Shown here piece after piece: positions 26,853 through 37,067 of a stretch of DNA of 64,000 nucleotides. Location of the stretch: contig JBGARZ010000005.1 in NCBI GenBank assembly GCA_044229975.1, positions 384,001 to 448,000 of the forward strand, read 5' to 3'. The translations under genes and the position numbers were made by a program. Under the pieces are notes generated by a model that saw only the letters and a program-made list of their open reading frames with translations, made no database searches and was not told the DNA's origin. The DNA comes from Polyangiales bacterium (lineage in GTDB: Bacteria; Myxococcota_A; Polyangia; Polyangiales; Ga0077539). How positions within the stretch are numbered: the stretch's first letter is position 1; each line of letters starts with the position of its first letter.

Positions 26853-29402
26853 GTGAACACGCGCAACCGCACCCTCCTCGCCCTGAGTCTCACCGCCGCC
26901 CTCGGCGCCCTCCCCCGCGCCGCCCACGCCGACGAGCGCACCGAAGCCCGTCGCCACTTCCGGGCGGGACTCGACCTCGTCACGCAGCGGCAGTACGTGC
27001 GCGCCATCGAGGAGTTCCAGGCGGCGTACGCCATCCTCCCCAACGTCAACGTGCTCTTCAACATCGCCCGCGCGTACAGCGACGTGGGCGACGTCGACCG
27101 CGCCCTCGACTACTACCAGCGCTACCTGCTCGCGGACGTTCCTGATCGCGCCGAAGTCGAGCAGACCATCCGCGACCTCGAACAACGCCGCCGCGCCGCC
27201 ACCGCCCCGCCCGCTCCGACGCCCGCCACGCCCGCGGTCAACCCGACGCCCGTCAACCCGACCGCGACGCCCGTCGCGCCCGTCGGCCCGACCGGGACGC
27301 TCTCCCCCGAACAGGTCGCCGCGCTCCGCTCCGCCGCCGACACGCTGCTCCAGCTCGCCGGCAACGCACCCGCGACCATCGCCGCGACGCCTGCCACGCC
27401 CGCATCGCCGACGACTCCCACGACACCGCCGACCACCGGTCCCGCGCGTGGCGCCGACGACACCTACGAGGAGCGCGTGGTCACCGCCACGCTCACGGCG
27501 CAGAGCCCGCTCGATTCGCCCAACGCCACGTCCGTCATCACGGCGCAGGACATCCGCCTGTCGGGCCTCTCCAACGTCGCCGAGATGCTGCGCCGCGCGG
27601 TGGGCGTCGACGTGATGTCCCTCGACAACAGCGACCAGCAGGTGGGCATCCGCGGCTTCAACCGCCGCCTCTCCAACCGCGTGCTCGTCCTCATCGACGG
27701 CCGCTCGGTCTACCTCGACTTCATCGGCGTCACGCTCTGGTCGATGCTCCCGGTCAACCCGGAGGAGATCGAGCGCATCGAGGTCATCCGCGGTCCGGGC
27801 TCGGCCCTCTACGGCGCCGACGCCTACTCCGGCGTCATCAACATCATCACCCGAACCCCCGGCGAAGGACGCAACTCCGTCACCGTCGGCGCGGGCAACG
27901 GCGGCGTCCTCCGCACCACCATCACCAACTCGGGACGGGCGGGCAACGTCGGCTACCGCACCGGCGTCGGCTACGAGCAGGGATACACCTTCGGCCGCCT
28001 CGTCCCCCCGACCGACCTCTCGTATCGGATCGGCGCCAACGACACCAACCGCTCGCTCCAGAACCTCCACGCCGACATCGACCTGCGCTCGCAGCTCTCG
28101 CGCTCGCTCTCCATCCAAGGCGGTCTCGCGGCTACCACCGGGACCATCTGGTTCAACGCCATCGGGCCGCTGCGGCGCTTCTGGACGGACATCACCTTCG
28201 TCCAGCCGTACCTCCAGCTCAACGCCGGCGGCTTCACCGCGCGCGCCTTCATGAACCACGTCCAGGGCGAGTCCGGCGAGGTCCTCCAGCGCGTCGGGAC
28301 GCCCCCCATCAACACCCAGTTCACCCAGGACATCATCGACGTGGAAGCCCGCTACAACCGGGGTTTTCGCCTCGGGCCCGTCGGCTTCGACCTCACCCTC
28401 GGCGGGTCCTACCGGGCGAAGCACATCTCGTGGTCGTTCCTCGACGCCGACCACCTGCTGCACCACTTCGCGGGCTTCGTGCAGGCGCAGGCCCGCTTCG
28501 CGCCGCAGTTCTCCGCCACCGCCTCGCTGCGCGTCGACCGCCACCCGGTGCTCGACTCGCCGGTGCTCTCGCCCCGCCTCGCGCTCATCTACAAGCCCAC
28601 CGCCCGGCGCGCGTTGCGACTCACCGGCGCGACGTCGTTTCGCACGCCGACGATGCTCGAGCTCTACCTCAACCTCGCCAACCCATCACCGTTGCCCGGT
28701 GTGTCGGTGCAGGCCCAGGGCGGTGAGGTCTTCAACAACGGCGCGCAGCGACTCTCCGCCGAGAGCGCCGTCTCCGTCGACATCGGCTGGCAGGACCAGA
28801 CCTCCGACCGCTTCCAGTACGAGCTCGGCGCCTTCTTCATGCGCGGCGTCGACCTCATCGAGCTCACCAACGTGCTCTTCAACCCGCTCCCCGGATCGCC
28901 CAACCCCGGCGGCCTCGTCGACGCCGGGCGCTTCCGCTTCGCCAACGACCCCTTCGCGACCTCCATGTACGGAGTGGAAGCCGCCTTCCGCGTCGCCCCC
29001 GTCGAGGGCCTCGACCTCTTCGCCAACTACACCTTCGCGTACACCCAGCAGCAGACCGGCGCGGGTCTCCGCCTCGATGACCAGCGCACGCCGCAGCACA
29101 AGCTCAACGTCGGGGCCCAGGTGCGCACCGCCTTCGGTCTGGACGTCGAGGTCACCGGCAACCTCGTCTCGTCCCAGATATGGCGAGAGCAGGACTTCGA
29201 CGCCGCCCGCGGCGTGGTGCTCAACACCTATCCATTGGACACCTACTTCCTCCTCAATGGTCGGGTCGGCTACCGCGCCCTCCGCGACCGCTTGGAGTTT
29301 GGCGTCGTCGGCACCAACCTCACCGACAACCGCGCGCGGCAGCACCCCTTCGGCGCCCCCATCGGCGCCCGCGTCATGGCGACCGTCGCCTTCCGCTATT
29401 GA
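26853..29402 (+). CDS. TonB-dependent receptor with N-terminal TPR domain
   Basis: Signal peptide, TPR (AIEEFQAAY...LFNIARAY), plug IERIEVIRGPGSALYGADAYSGVINIIT, C-terminal aromatic residue (FRY). Confidence 0.92.
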   Translation: MNTRNRTLLALSLTAALGALPRAAHADERTEARRHFRAGLDLVTQRQYVRAIEEFQAAYAILPNVNVLFNIARAYSDVGDVDRALDYYQRYLLADVPDRAEVEQTIRDLEQRRRAATAPPAPTPATPAVNPTPVNPTATPVAPVGPTGTLSPEQVAALRSAADTLLQLAGNAPATIAATPATPASPTTPTTPPTTGPARGADDTYEERVVTATLTAQSPLDSPNATSVITAQDIRLSGLSNVAEMLRRAVGVDVMSLDNSDQQVGIRGFNRRLSNRVLVLIDGRSVYLDFIGVTLWSMLPVNPEEIERIEVIRGPGSALYGADAYSGVINIITRTPGEGRNSVTVGAGNGGVLRTTITNSGRAGNVGYRTGVGYEQGYTFGRLVPPTDLSYRIGANDTNRSLQNLHADIDLRSQLSRSLSIQGGLAATTGTIWFNAIGPLRRFWTDITFVQPYLQLNAGGFTARAFMNHVQGESGEVLQRVGTPPINTQFTQDIIDVEARYNRGFRLGPVGFDLTLGGSYRAKHISWSFLDADHLLHHFAGFVQAQARFAPQFSATASLRVDRHPVLDSPVLSPRLALIYKPTARRALRLTGATSFRTPTMLELYLNLANPSPLPGVSVQAQGGEVFNNGAQRLSAESAVSVDIGWQDQTSDRFQYELGAFFMRGVDLIELTNVLFNPLPGSPNPGGLVDAGRFRFANDPFATSMYGVEAAFRVAPVEGLDLFANYTFAYTQQQTGAGLRLDDQRTPQHKLNVGAQVRTAFGLDVEVTGNLVSSQIWREQDFDAARGVVLNTYPLDTYFLLNGRVGYRALRDRLEFGVVGTNLTDNRARQHPFGAPIGARVMATVAFRY

Positions 29403-29416
29403 TGGAGCGATGTGAG

Positions 29417-31009
29417 ATGAACCGCCCCCTCCCCCTCATCCTCGCGTCCCTCCTCCTCGGCTGCATGGACGCGCCGCTCGACCGCGACCGCGAGGACGGA
29501 TACCCCAACCACAACGCCCCCCTCGGCCGCATCGAAGGGACCATCCTCTACGAAGGCCCTACGCCCACGCTCGACCGCGACGGTCGGCCCCTCGGGCGCG
29601 TCGTGCTGCTGCTCTTCAAGGCCGACAACCCGCCGCCGCCGCAGGGTCTCGCCACCACCGCGGAGTCGGTTCAGACCATCCCCGCGTCGCAGGTGTTCAC
29701 CCAGCTCACGCCGACGTTGCCGGGTTACGTGCGGGCCAGCGTGCCCTTCGTCTTTCCCAACATCACCAGCGGCGGCCTCTATCAATTGAGGGCGTTCTAT
29801 TCCAACAGGGATGAGCGCACGGGCTTCCAACCGGTCTTCGGTGTGCGCAGCCAGCCGGTGCGCGGCGACGTCGGCGGCGGCGCGGTGCTCGACCCGCGCG
29901 CGACCGTCCCGTCCTTCCTCAGCATCCCCGTCGGAACCCCCAACGGCAGCGGCGTCTACACCCTCCCGGAGACCGGCGCCGTCACCGGGGACGTCACCGT
30001 CTTCATCGGCTCTCCCATCACCGAAGACCGCCCGGTCTTCCATGTAAGCCCCGCGCCGCCCGAGCGCGGGCAGACCTTCACCCCCGTGGCCCTCGAAGCC
30101 CGCCCCGCCCTCGGCGCCGCGCAGACCAACTACGCCTCGCGCACCGGCTTCATCAGCCCTGACGCGCGGGCCTACGAGATCCCCAGCAACACCCCGGCGA
30201 CGGACCTCCTGACCTTCCTCGGCGCGCTCCCGCGGCTGACCCTCAGCGGCGGGCTGCCCGACGCCGAGGTGCCCAACGCCGCCAACGCCGGCGTGGTCTT
30301 CACCAACCCCGTCCCCTTCGCCCTCGGAACCGTCTACCGCCCCCAGCACCCCACCCTCTTCGCGCCCAACACCATGGGCGCCGAGCCCCCGGTGCTGCGC
30401 TTCCCGTGGGTGTTTCCGCTCGCCATCCTGGTGAAGCTCCACGAGCCCACCGTCGAAGAGCGCGCCGTGCTCACGGCGGCGGCGCCCGACCCGCTCAGCC
30501 TCGCCCGCATCGTGAGCGCCCTCAACCAGCCCGAGCGCGCCGCAGGTACCGTCCCCGTCGTGATGTTTGGCAGCGTCGTGCCGGACAGTGGCTTGCAGGA
30601 CTTCGCGACCATCGTGCGCCCCGCGCCCGCTCCGCCCGTGGTGCAGCCCTCGGTGCAGGTGGTCTTTCCCCCGGTGGCCTTCGAGATCCGCGGACCCAAC
30701 CCCGAGCGCGACTGGGCTGCCATCGTCCCGCGGCTCCCGCCGCCCATCGCGGCCTCCACGGGTGCGCTGCCTCCGGGGTCGCGCTGCGCCGGTGCCCGCG
30801 GCCTGCCGCCGGGGCGCTACTCGCTCACCATCGTGACCGCGCGCGGCGCCACCTGGACCCTGCCCAACGACCTCGCGCCGCAGACCTTCCCCCCGCGCGT
30901 CGCGGGCGCGCCCATCACCTCGGCCGCGTCGCAGGGCGCGGTCGTGCGCATCGTCGCCGCACCGGCCCAGGCGGGCAACGTCTGCCCCGCAGGGATCCCG
31001 TCGGATTAG
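29417..31009 (+). CDS. Hypothetical lipoprotein co-operonic with the TonB receptor
   Basis: Lipobox LLGC; starts 14 bp after the receptor stop codon. Confidence 0.7.
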   Translation: MNRPLPLILASLLLGCMDAPLDRDREDGYPNHNAPLGRIEGTILYEGPTPTLDRDGRPLGRVVLLLFKADNPPPPQGLATTAESVQTIPASQVFTQLTPTLPGYVRASVPFVFPNITSGGLYQLRAFYSNRDERTGFQPVFGVRSQPVRGDVGGGAVLDPRATVPSFLSIPVGTPNGSGVYTLPETGAVTGDVTVFIGSPITEDRPVFHVSPAPPERGQTFTPVALEARPALGAAQTNYASRTGFISPDARAYEIPSNTPATDLLTFLGALPRLTLSGGLPDAEVPNAANAGVVFTNPVPFALGTVYRPQHPTLFAPNTMGAEPPVLRFPWVFPLAILVKLHEPTVEERAVLTAAAPDPLSLARIVSALNQPERAAGTVPVVMFGSVVPDSGLQDFATIVRPAPAPPVVQPSVQVVFPPVAFEIRGPNPERDWAAIVPRLPPPIAASTGALPPGSRCAGARGLPPGRYSLTIVTARGATWTLPNDLAPQTFPPRVAGAPITSAASQGAVVRIVAAPAQAGNVCPAGIPSD

Positions 31010-31122
31010 GCCCGCGGCAGCGTGGGACGCTGGACAGCCCCCGCGCGGCTGTGGGAGGTTCCGGCCCTCAGCGACATGCGTGCGGCGAAACTTCGATCAT
31101 CGACCGTATCGGGAGGATCTCG

Positions 31123-32991
31123 GTGAACATCACCTGCCCTCGTTGTGGCAAGGAGAACCCCGAGGACGTGCGCTTCTGCCTCGGCTGCGGCACCGACCTG
31201 CACGGCCGCGGTAGCGTCGCGTCGTCCATCGGTCGACCGCCTCCGCTCGGCGTCCCGCCGCGCCTCCAGCCGCCGCCTCCGCTCGGTGCGCCGCGCCCCG
31301 CGGGCGGCACTGGCCCGGCGCCCCTCGGCCCGCCGCCCGGTCCGGCGGCGTTCGGTGGCGGGCCCGCGCCGCTCAACGCGCCGCCGTCGCTCTCGTCCAA
31401 TCCCCTCAGCGCCTCGACCCCCACCAGCAACCCGGTCAACCCCAACGGACCGCTGCTCGGCCCGATGCCCTCCCTCGCGGGCCCGCCCGGTCTCGGCGCG
31501 CCTCCGGGCATCGGTGGCCCTCCCGGACTCGGTGGCTTCTCTCCGTCGCCGATGGGCCCGCCTCCGTCGCTCGCAGGCGCTGCCCCCATGGGCGGCATGC
31601 CGCCGCTCCTCGGTGCGATGCCGCCGCTGCCCGGTGCCGCGCCGCCGCCCGTTGCGCCTGTCGCTCCGGCCGCGATGCCGCCGTCCATGGGTGGTCTTCC
31701 GCCGCTCATGGGCTCGATGCCCTCGCTGCCTGGCGCGGCGCCGCCCGCCATGCCCGCGATGCCCGGTGCGTTTCCTCCGCCCGTCGGGCCCGCGATGCCG
31801 CCTGCCATGTCGCCCAACCCCTTCGGGTCGGCCATGGCGCCGGTGCCGCCCATCGCCGCCAACCTCCCGCCGCCCGTCGGCATGGGGCCGCCGCCGGTGC
31901 CCCCGATGGGGCCGCCCCCGGTGCCGCCGATGGGGCCGCCCCCGGTGCCCGCCAGCTTCGGCGCCAGTGATCCCTTCGGCTCGGCTGATCCCTTTGGTGG
32001 CGGTGGCGATGCGTTCGCCAACGTTCCTCCGAGCGACCCCTTCGCCGCCCATCGCGCCGCGCCCCCGGTCGCCCCGCGCATGGCCCCGCCCGACCCCTTC
32101 GCGGCGATGAACAACCCCTTCGCGTCGCCCTCCGGCGCGCCGCTCCCGGGCATCGCCCCGCCGCCCATGGCGCGTCCCATGACGGTGGGTGCGGGCGGCA
32201 ATGCCTATCCCCCCATCGCCAGCGCCGACCCGGTGCCCACGCTCTCCCGCGCGCGTCAGGCGACGGTGGGCCCCGGCGCGGTCGCGTGGCCGCCCAACCC
32301 CGGGGCGCCCTCGTTTCACCAGCAGGCCGAACCGTACGACCCGATGACCGAGGTGCGGTCGTCGATGGGCGCCAACCGCCCGCGGCTCATGGTCACGCAG
32401 CTCGACGGCGCCGAGCAGGGCGAGATGCCCCTCAACGAGGGAGACAACCTCATCGGCCGCGAGGTCGGCGGCATCTTCGCCGAGGACAACCTGCTCTCCA
32501 GCCGCCACGCGACGCTCATCGTGAAGGGCGGCGCGGCGTGGGTGCGCGACGAGGGATCACGCAACGGCGTCTACATCCGCCTCGCCCCCAACCAGCGCGT
32601 GGAGATGCAGGAGGGCGATCAGTTCTGCCTCGGGCGCATCATCCTGCGCTTCGACCACCGGGCCCCGCAGGGCCTGATGACCCCAGCCCCGCCCGACGCG
32701 GTGGGCTTCCTCTCGCTGGTCGTCGGCCGCGACGTCGACAAGGGCCTCTTCCCCCTCGCCGTCCCCGCCACGGGCCTCACCCTCGGGCGCTCGCGCTCCG
32801 ACGTGCGCTTCCCCAACGACGGGTGGATCTCCGGCCTCCACTGCCAGCTCATCGCCACGGGGCCGCAGGTGTTTCTGGTCGACCTCAAGAGCTCGAACGG
32901 CACCTACGCCCGCATCCGCGGCACGCGCGCCCTCAACCACGGCGACGCCCTGCTCATGGGCCAGCGGATCTTCCACGTAAACCTCTCCTGA
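31123..32991 (+). CDS. Zinc-ribbon / Pro-rich linker / double FHA domain protein
   Basis: GGAGG SD plus GTG; CPRCG...FCLGCG; FHA1 IGRE..SSRHA..SRNG; FHA2 LGRS..SGLHC..SSNG. Confidence 0.88.
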   Translation: MNITCPRCGKENPEDVRFCLGCGTDLHGRGSVASSIGRPPPLGVPPRLQPPPPLGAPRPAGGTGPAPLGPPPGPAAFGGGPAPLNAPPSLSSNPLSASTPTSNPVNPNGPLLGPMPSLAGPPGLGAPPGIGGPPGLGGFSPSPMGPPPSLAGAAPMGGMPPLLGAMPPLPGAAPPPVAPVAPAAMPPSMGGLPPLMGSMPSLPGAAPPAMPAMPGAFPPPVGPAMPPAMSPNPFGSAMAPVPPIAANLPPPVGMGPPPVPPMGPPPVPPMGPPPVPASFGASDPFGSADPFGGGGDAFANVPPSDPFAAHRAAPPVAPRMAPPDPFAAMNNPFASPSGAPLPGIAPPPMARPMTVGAGGNAYPPIASADPVPTLSRARQATVGPGAVAWPPNPGAPSFHQQAEPYDPMTEVRSSMGANRPRLMVTQLDGAEQGEMPLNEGDNLIGREVGGIFAEDNLLSSRHATLIVKGGAAWVRDEGSRNGVYIRLAPNQRVEMQEGDQFCLGRIILRFDHRAPQGLMTPAPPDAVGFLSLVVGRDVDKGLFPLAVPATGLTLGRSRSDVRFPNDGWISGLHCQLIATGPQVFLVDLKSSNGTYARIRGTRALNHGDALLMGQRIFHVNLS

Positions 32992-33051
32992 CCCGCCGAC
33001 TTCTCCCCTTCGCGCCTCGGCCCCGCGCTCTACACTCAGTCTCCCCCCGCC

Positions 33052-33864
33052 GTGTGGACCTCGCTCTGGTTCGAAGTGATCGGCTTCGTCGTCGCCGTCC
33101 TCCCGGTGGCGGTGCTGCTGCTCATCTTCCGCTACGCCGACCGCTGGCGCCCTGAACCCAAGCGCGAGGTCTTCCGCGCCGTGCTGCTCGGGGCCGCCGC
33201 GTGCGTGCCGGTGTTCTTCGCCGAGGTGGCCCTCAAGCGATCACTGGGTCCGTGGTCGCTCGCGGGCGCTCGCTTCGTCGACGCCTTCGGCGTGGCGGCG
33301 CTCCCCGAGGAGGGCGCCAAGCTGCTCGTGGTGCTCGCGGTGCCGTACCGCCGCCGCTACTTCGACGAGTTCACCGACGGCGTCCTCTACACGGGCGCGG
33401 CCTCCATGGGCTTCGGCCTCTTCGAGAACCTCCTCTTCGTCTCTGGCGCCTTCGCCAACGCCATCTGCGCCGTCCCCTGGATCTCCGGCCTCTGCGGCGC
33501 CGCCCCGGCTTCGCCCACCGACGCGCAGCACGTCATCCTCGGATTGGTACGGGCCCTTACCACCGTCCCCATGCACGCCATCGCCTCCGGGCTCATGGGC
33601 TACTTCATCGGCCGCTCGCGCTTCGTGCGCCGCCGCCGCGCGCCCCGCTGGTGGGCCGTCGGCCTCGCCGTCGCCGTGCTCGTCCACGGAACCTACGACT
33701 GGATGGTGTTTGCCCTCGGGCGCAGCCCGGCGATCTTCGCGCTGCTGCCGCTGATGCTGGCGCTCGCGGGCCTCAGCCTGCGCCGCGCCCTCCAGCACGC
33801 GCTCGCCCTCGACGAGGCGATGCTCGGCCCCGAGCGGCGCAACTCCCGCGGCTCGCTGATGTGA
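33052..33864 (+). CDS. prsW: PrsW-family glutamic intramembrane protease
   Basis: PEEGAK, FENL, HAIAS and HGTYD motifs; multiple TM helices. Confidence 0.88.
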   Translation: MWTSLWFEVIGFVVAVLPVAVLLLIFRYADRWRPEPKREVFRAVLLGAAACVPVFFAEVALKRSLGPWSLAGARFVDAFGVAALPEEGAKLLVVLAVPYRRRYFDEFTDGVLYTGAASMGFGLFENLLFVSGAFANAICAVPWISGLCGAAPASPTDAQHVILGLVRALTTVPMHAIASGLMGYFIGRSRFVRRRRAPRWWAVGLAVAVLVHGTYDWMVFALGRSPAIFALLPLMLALAGLSLRRALQHALALDEAMLGPERRNSRGSLM

Positions 33865-33868
33865 ACGC

Positions 33869-35752
33869 TCACCCTAGCGCGCGAATTACTTCGTTCGTCT
33901 CCCGTACCATCGCCTCGGCGTTGGTGTCCTCTCCGTAGCGCACCGCCGCATACGCGCGTATCGCCGACGCCACCCCGGCCCGCAGCTCCGGCGCCAGCAG
34001 GTCCGTCGCCGACACCCGCGCGGCGTACGCCTCCAGCGTCTCGTGGGGTGCCCGAACCATCCCCCGCTTCGACAGCGCCGCCGACAGCGCCGACCAGCAC
34101 GGCAGCGGCGCGTCGCCCAGCGCCTTCGTCACCACCTCGGCGGCCTCGGCGCGACCCCGCCAGGTGCGCCACCCGAGCCACCCGAGGAGCAGCACCAGCG
34201 CGACGCCCAGGAGCTGCTCGCTCGTCCGGTTGGCGAACCAGTCACGCACCCGCCCGGCCAGCACCATCGCGCCGTCGCCCAGCGCCGAGCCCCAGCGGCT
34301 CTCGTGCGCGAGGTTCTGCGGCAGCTCGCTGGTGGGGGTCGCGTCGAGGGTGACCCAGCCGTGCGCGGGGTCCCACGCCTCGACCCAGGCGTGGGCGTTC
34401 TTCTCGCGCACCACGAAGTAGTCGCCGAAGGGGTTGCGCTCCGCCACGCGGTAGCCGCCGATGACCCGCGTGGGGACGCCGGCCGCGCGACCGAGCAGCG
34501 CCAGCGCCGACGCGAAGTACTCGCAGTGCCCCTGCCGGTGCGTGTCGAGGAAGTCGATGACCGGGTCGCGACGGGCGGTGCGCTGAAACTGGAGGGCGTA
34601 CTGGTACCGCGTGCGCAGCACCTCGGCGATGTGCTCGACCCGCTCGAAAGGCGTCGTGCCTCCCACGCCGTACTGCTCGGCGATCTGCGTCAGTCGGGCG
34701 CGCTGGCTCTCTGGTATCGCGAGGTCCGACGCCGTCGGCGGCCCCGGCGTGAAGGGTCCGTTGCCGCCGCGACGAAACCAGACGCGCACCGCCGGGTCGC
34801 CCGGGATGGCCCGCACCACCCCGAAGGAGTCGACGCGCACGGTTCCCTCCTCGGTGGTCAGCGCCGAGGCGCCCAGCGGAAGCATCACCCAGCCGCGCAC
34901 ACCCCCGAGACGCTCGACCATCACGGCGTCGGGCTGCCGCAGCGGACCTCTGCCCACCCGCACGATGGTGTGCGCCGGGCCGTGGCTGTTCTGCCAGCGG
35001 TTGTGGGCGCGGTCGTAGCGGTCGTACGCGGTCCCACGAACACGGTCGATGCCCCGCCCGTGCACCCGAAGCACGATCTCGTCGGACTGCATGAGCGACG
35101 TGAGAGCCCCGAGCGCCATGGAGTCGCCGACGCCGCTCACGGCCGAGTCCTCGTACGACTGGAGCACCTTCACCATGATGAGCGTGTGCACCCGCGGCAG
35201 GGCCCAACCCATCGCGAGGGTGAACACCCCCACACTCGCCGCGAGGCCCGCGCCCAGGCCCAGCGTGCGACGGGAGAGCGTTCGGAGCGGCGGCCGGCCG
35301 GGGTCTCCGCCGCGCATCCCGAAGAGGCCCGCGACGAGGGTGAGGGCCGCGACGGGGAGGTAGAGCCCGCGGCTTCGCACCTGACCCGCGAGGAGGAGGA
35401 TCGCGATGATGAGCGCGAAGCCCGCGCGGGCGCCGCCCTCGGGGCGCACGAAGGTGGAGCGCACGAGGGAGGCGACGGAGAGCGCCGAGGCGATGATGCA
35501 GAACGGACCGACGAGGGTGGGTGCCTGCGGCGACGAGGGGACGAGCAGCAGCCCGAGGGCGCCGCCGAGCACGGCGGCGATGACGAAGGTGAGCCGCTGG
35601 ACGTTGTTGCCGACGCGAAACATCGGCCCGAGTCCGAGCCCGAGCGCGACCGCGACGAGGAGGCTGGCGCCGTGCAGGAGCTGTCGCGTGGCGAGCACCA
35701 CCGCCACGGTGGCGAGGGCGGGCGCGAGGCCGTGGGCGACGCGGTGGTTCAC
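33869..35752 (-). CDS. TgpA-like membrane transglutaminase-domain protein
   Basis: N-terminal TM helices; catalytic triad GHCEYFAS, HAWVE and DATP. Confidence 0.9.
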   Translation of the reverse strand: MNHRVAHGLAPALATVAVVLATRQLLHGASLLVAVALGLGLGPMFRVGNNVQRLTFVIAAVLGGALGLLLVPSSPQAPTLVGPFCIIASALSVASLVRSTFVRPEGGARAGFALIIAILLLAGQVRSRGLYLPVAALTLVAGLFGMRGGDPGRPPLRTLSRRTLGLGAGLAASVGVFTLAMGWALPRVHTLIMVKVLQSYEDSAVSGVGDSMALGALTSLMQSDEIVLRVHGRGIDRVRGTAYDRYDRAHNRWQNSHGPAHTIVRVGRGPLRQPDAVMVERLGGVRGWVMLPLGASALTTEEGTVRVDSFGVVRAIPGDPAVRVWFRRGGNGPFTPGPPTASDLAIPESQRARLTQIAEQYGVGGTTPFERVEHIAEVLRTRYQYALQFQRTARRDPVIDFLDTHRQGHCEYFASALALLGRAAGVPTRVIGGYRVAERNPFGDYFVVREKNAHAWVEAWDPAHGWVTLDATPTSELPQNLAHESRWGSALGDGAMVLAGRVRDWFANRTSEQLLGVALVLLLGWLGWRTWRGRAEAAEVVTKALGDAPLPCWSALSAALSKRGMVRAPHETLEAYAARVSATDLLAPELRAGVASAIRAYAAVRYGEDTNAEAMVRETNEVIRALG

Positions 35753-37059
35753 GCGTGCACCGGCTCGCCGCGGAGGATGGCGTCGTGGGCGAAGCGGGCG
35801 ACGTCGTCGCTGCTGGCGGGTGCGGGGTGGCGGGCGTCGTAGACGGCGAGCGTGCGGTGGCCGATGCCGAGGGCGCGGAGCCGGTCGCCGATGGCGCGGT
35901 GCGAGGCGGAGGGAGAGACCGTGAGGATGAGCGCGGCGGAGAGGCGACCCGCGTGGGGGCCGAGCGCGGCGAGGACGGCGTCGGGGTCGATGGCGTCGCC
36001 AGGCTCGACGCAGGCGAGGACGTCCAGGGTGGGGCCGAGGAGGTCGGCGCCGAGGCCGCCGTGGGCGTTGAGCTCGTGGAGGCGGCCGCCCACGATGACG
36101 AGGTCGACGAGGGTGTCGTCGCGACCGAGGGCGGAGGCGAGGCCCGCGGCGAGGGAGACGAGCGCGTCGAGGACGGCGGGGTGTCGCGCCCCGGAGGTGT
36201 CGGGGTCGACGACGATGGCGACGCGGCGGAAGTACTCCTGCTGGTATTCGCGGACGACGGGGAAGCCCACGCGGGCCCAGCTCCGGGCGTGGAGGTCGCG
36301 GATGGGGTCGCCGGGGCGGTACGGGCGAATGCCGCGCAGGTCGAAGGACTCCCCCGTGCTGGTCACCCGCGGAACCCCACCGGGTTGATGACGCGCGAGG
36401 GTGGGCGTCTTGATGCTGGCGACGCGGGCGACGGGAGGGACGACGACGAAGCGGCAGCCGGTGCTGTACACGGGCGGCCCCTGGCAGAGGCCGAAGGGGA
36501 CGAGGGCGCTGGAGCGGAACGTATCGAGGTGGTGCTCGCCGCGGGCGCGGAAGCGGGCGTGGCAGGTGACGGTCTCGGTGGCGCCAGGGGCGAGGCGGGC
36601 GATGGAGGCGAGGCCGCGGGTCCAGGTGCCGTCCCAGGGGAGGAAGGGGCCGTCGACGTGGAGGGCGGTGACGACGGTGGTTCCGGTGTTGTGGAGGGTG
36701 ACGGCGAAGGCGACCTCCTCGCCGACGGCGACGCGGGGCGGGGCGACCACCCGGAGCTGGAGTCCGTCGACGCGAAAGAAGAGGCTGGTGAGGAGCGAAA
36801 ACCCGACGGTTCCGGTGAGGGCGGCCCAGAGGAGGTGGGCGTCGTTGCTGTCGACCTCCAGGCTGAGGACGGTGGCGACGAAGGCGAGCACGGCGGCGAG
36901 CTGCCCCTCGCGGGTGAAGCGCTCGTAGAGGCGAAAGATCGGTTGGAAGGCGCGGCCGGCGCGGCTGCGTCGCCAGCGCTCGCGGTCGGCGGCGCTCGAC
37001 GGGATGAGCACGTGGTTGAGCCGCGCGAAGTCGAGGTCGGCGACGGCTTCGAGTGACAC
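35749..37059 (-). CDS. DUF58 protein (vWA-related)
   Basis: RPYRPGDPIRDLH...VVREY; GAGGAGG SD before GTG 37059; lies between MoxR and the transglutaminase. Confidence 0.88.
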   Translation of the reverse strand: MSLEAVADLDFARLNHVLIPSSAADRERWRRSRAGRAFQPIFRLYERFTREGQLAAVLAFVATVLSLEVDSNDAHLLWAALTGTVGFSLLTSLFFRVDGLQLRVVAPPRVAVGEEVAFAVTLHNTGTTVVTALHVDGPFLPWDGTWTRGLASIARLAPGATETVTCHARFRARGEHHLDTFRSSALVPFGLCQGPPVYSTGCRFVVVPPVARVASIKTPTLARHQPGGVPRVTSTGESFDLRGIRPYRPGDPIRDLHARSWARVGFPVVREYQQEYFRRVAIVVDPDTSGARHPAVLDALVSLAAGLASALGRDDTLVDLVIVGGRLHELNAHGGLGADLLGPTLDVLACVEPGDAIDPDAVLAALGPHAGRLSAALILTVSPSASHRAIGDRLRALGIGHRTLAVYDARHPAPASSDDVARFAHDAILRGEPVHA

Positions 37060-37067
37060 CCGCCTCC

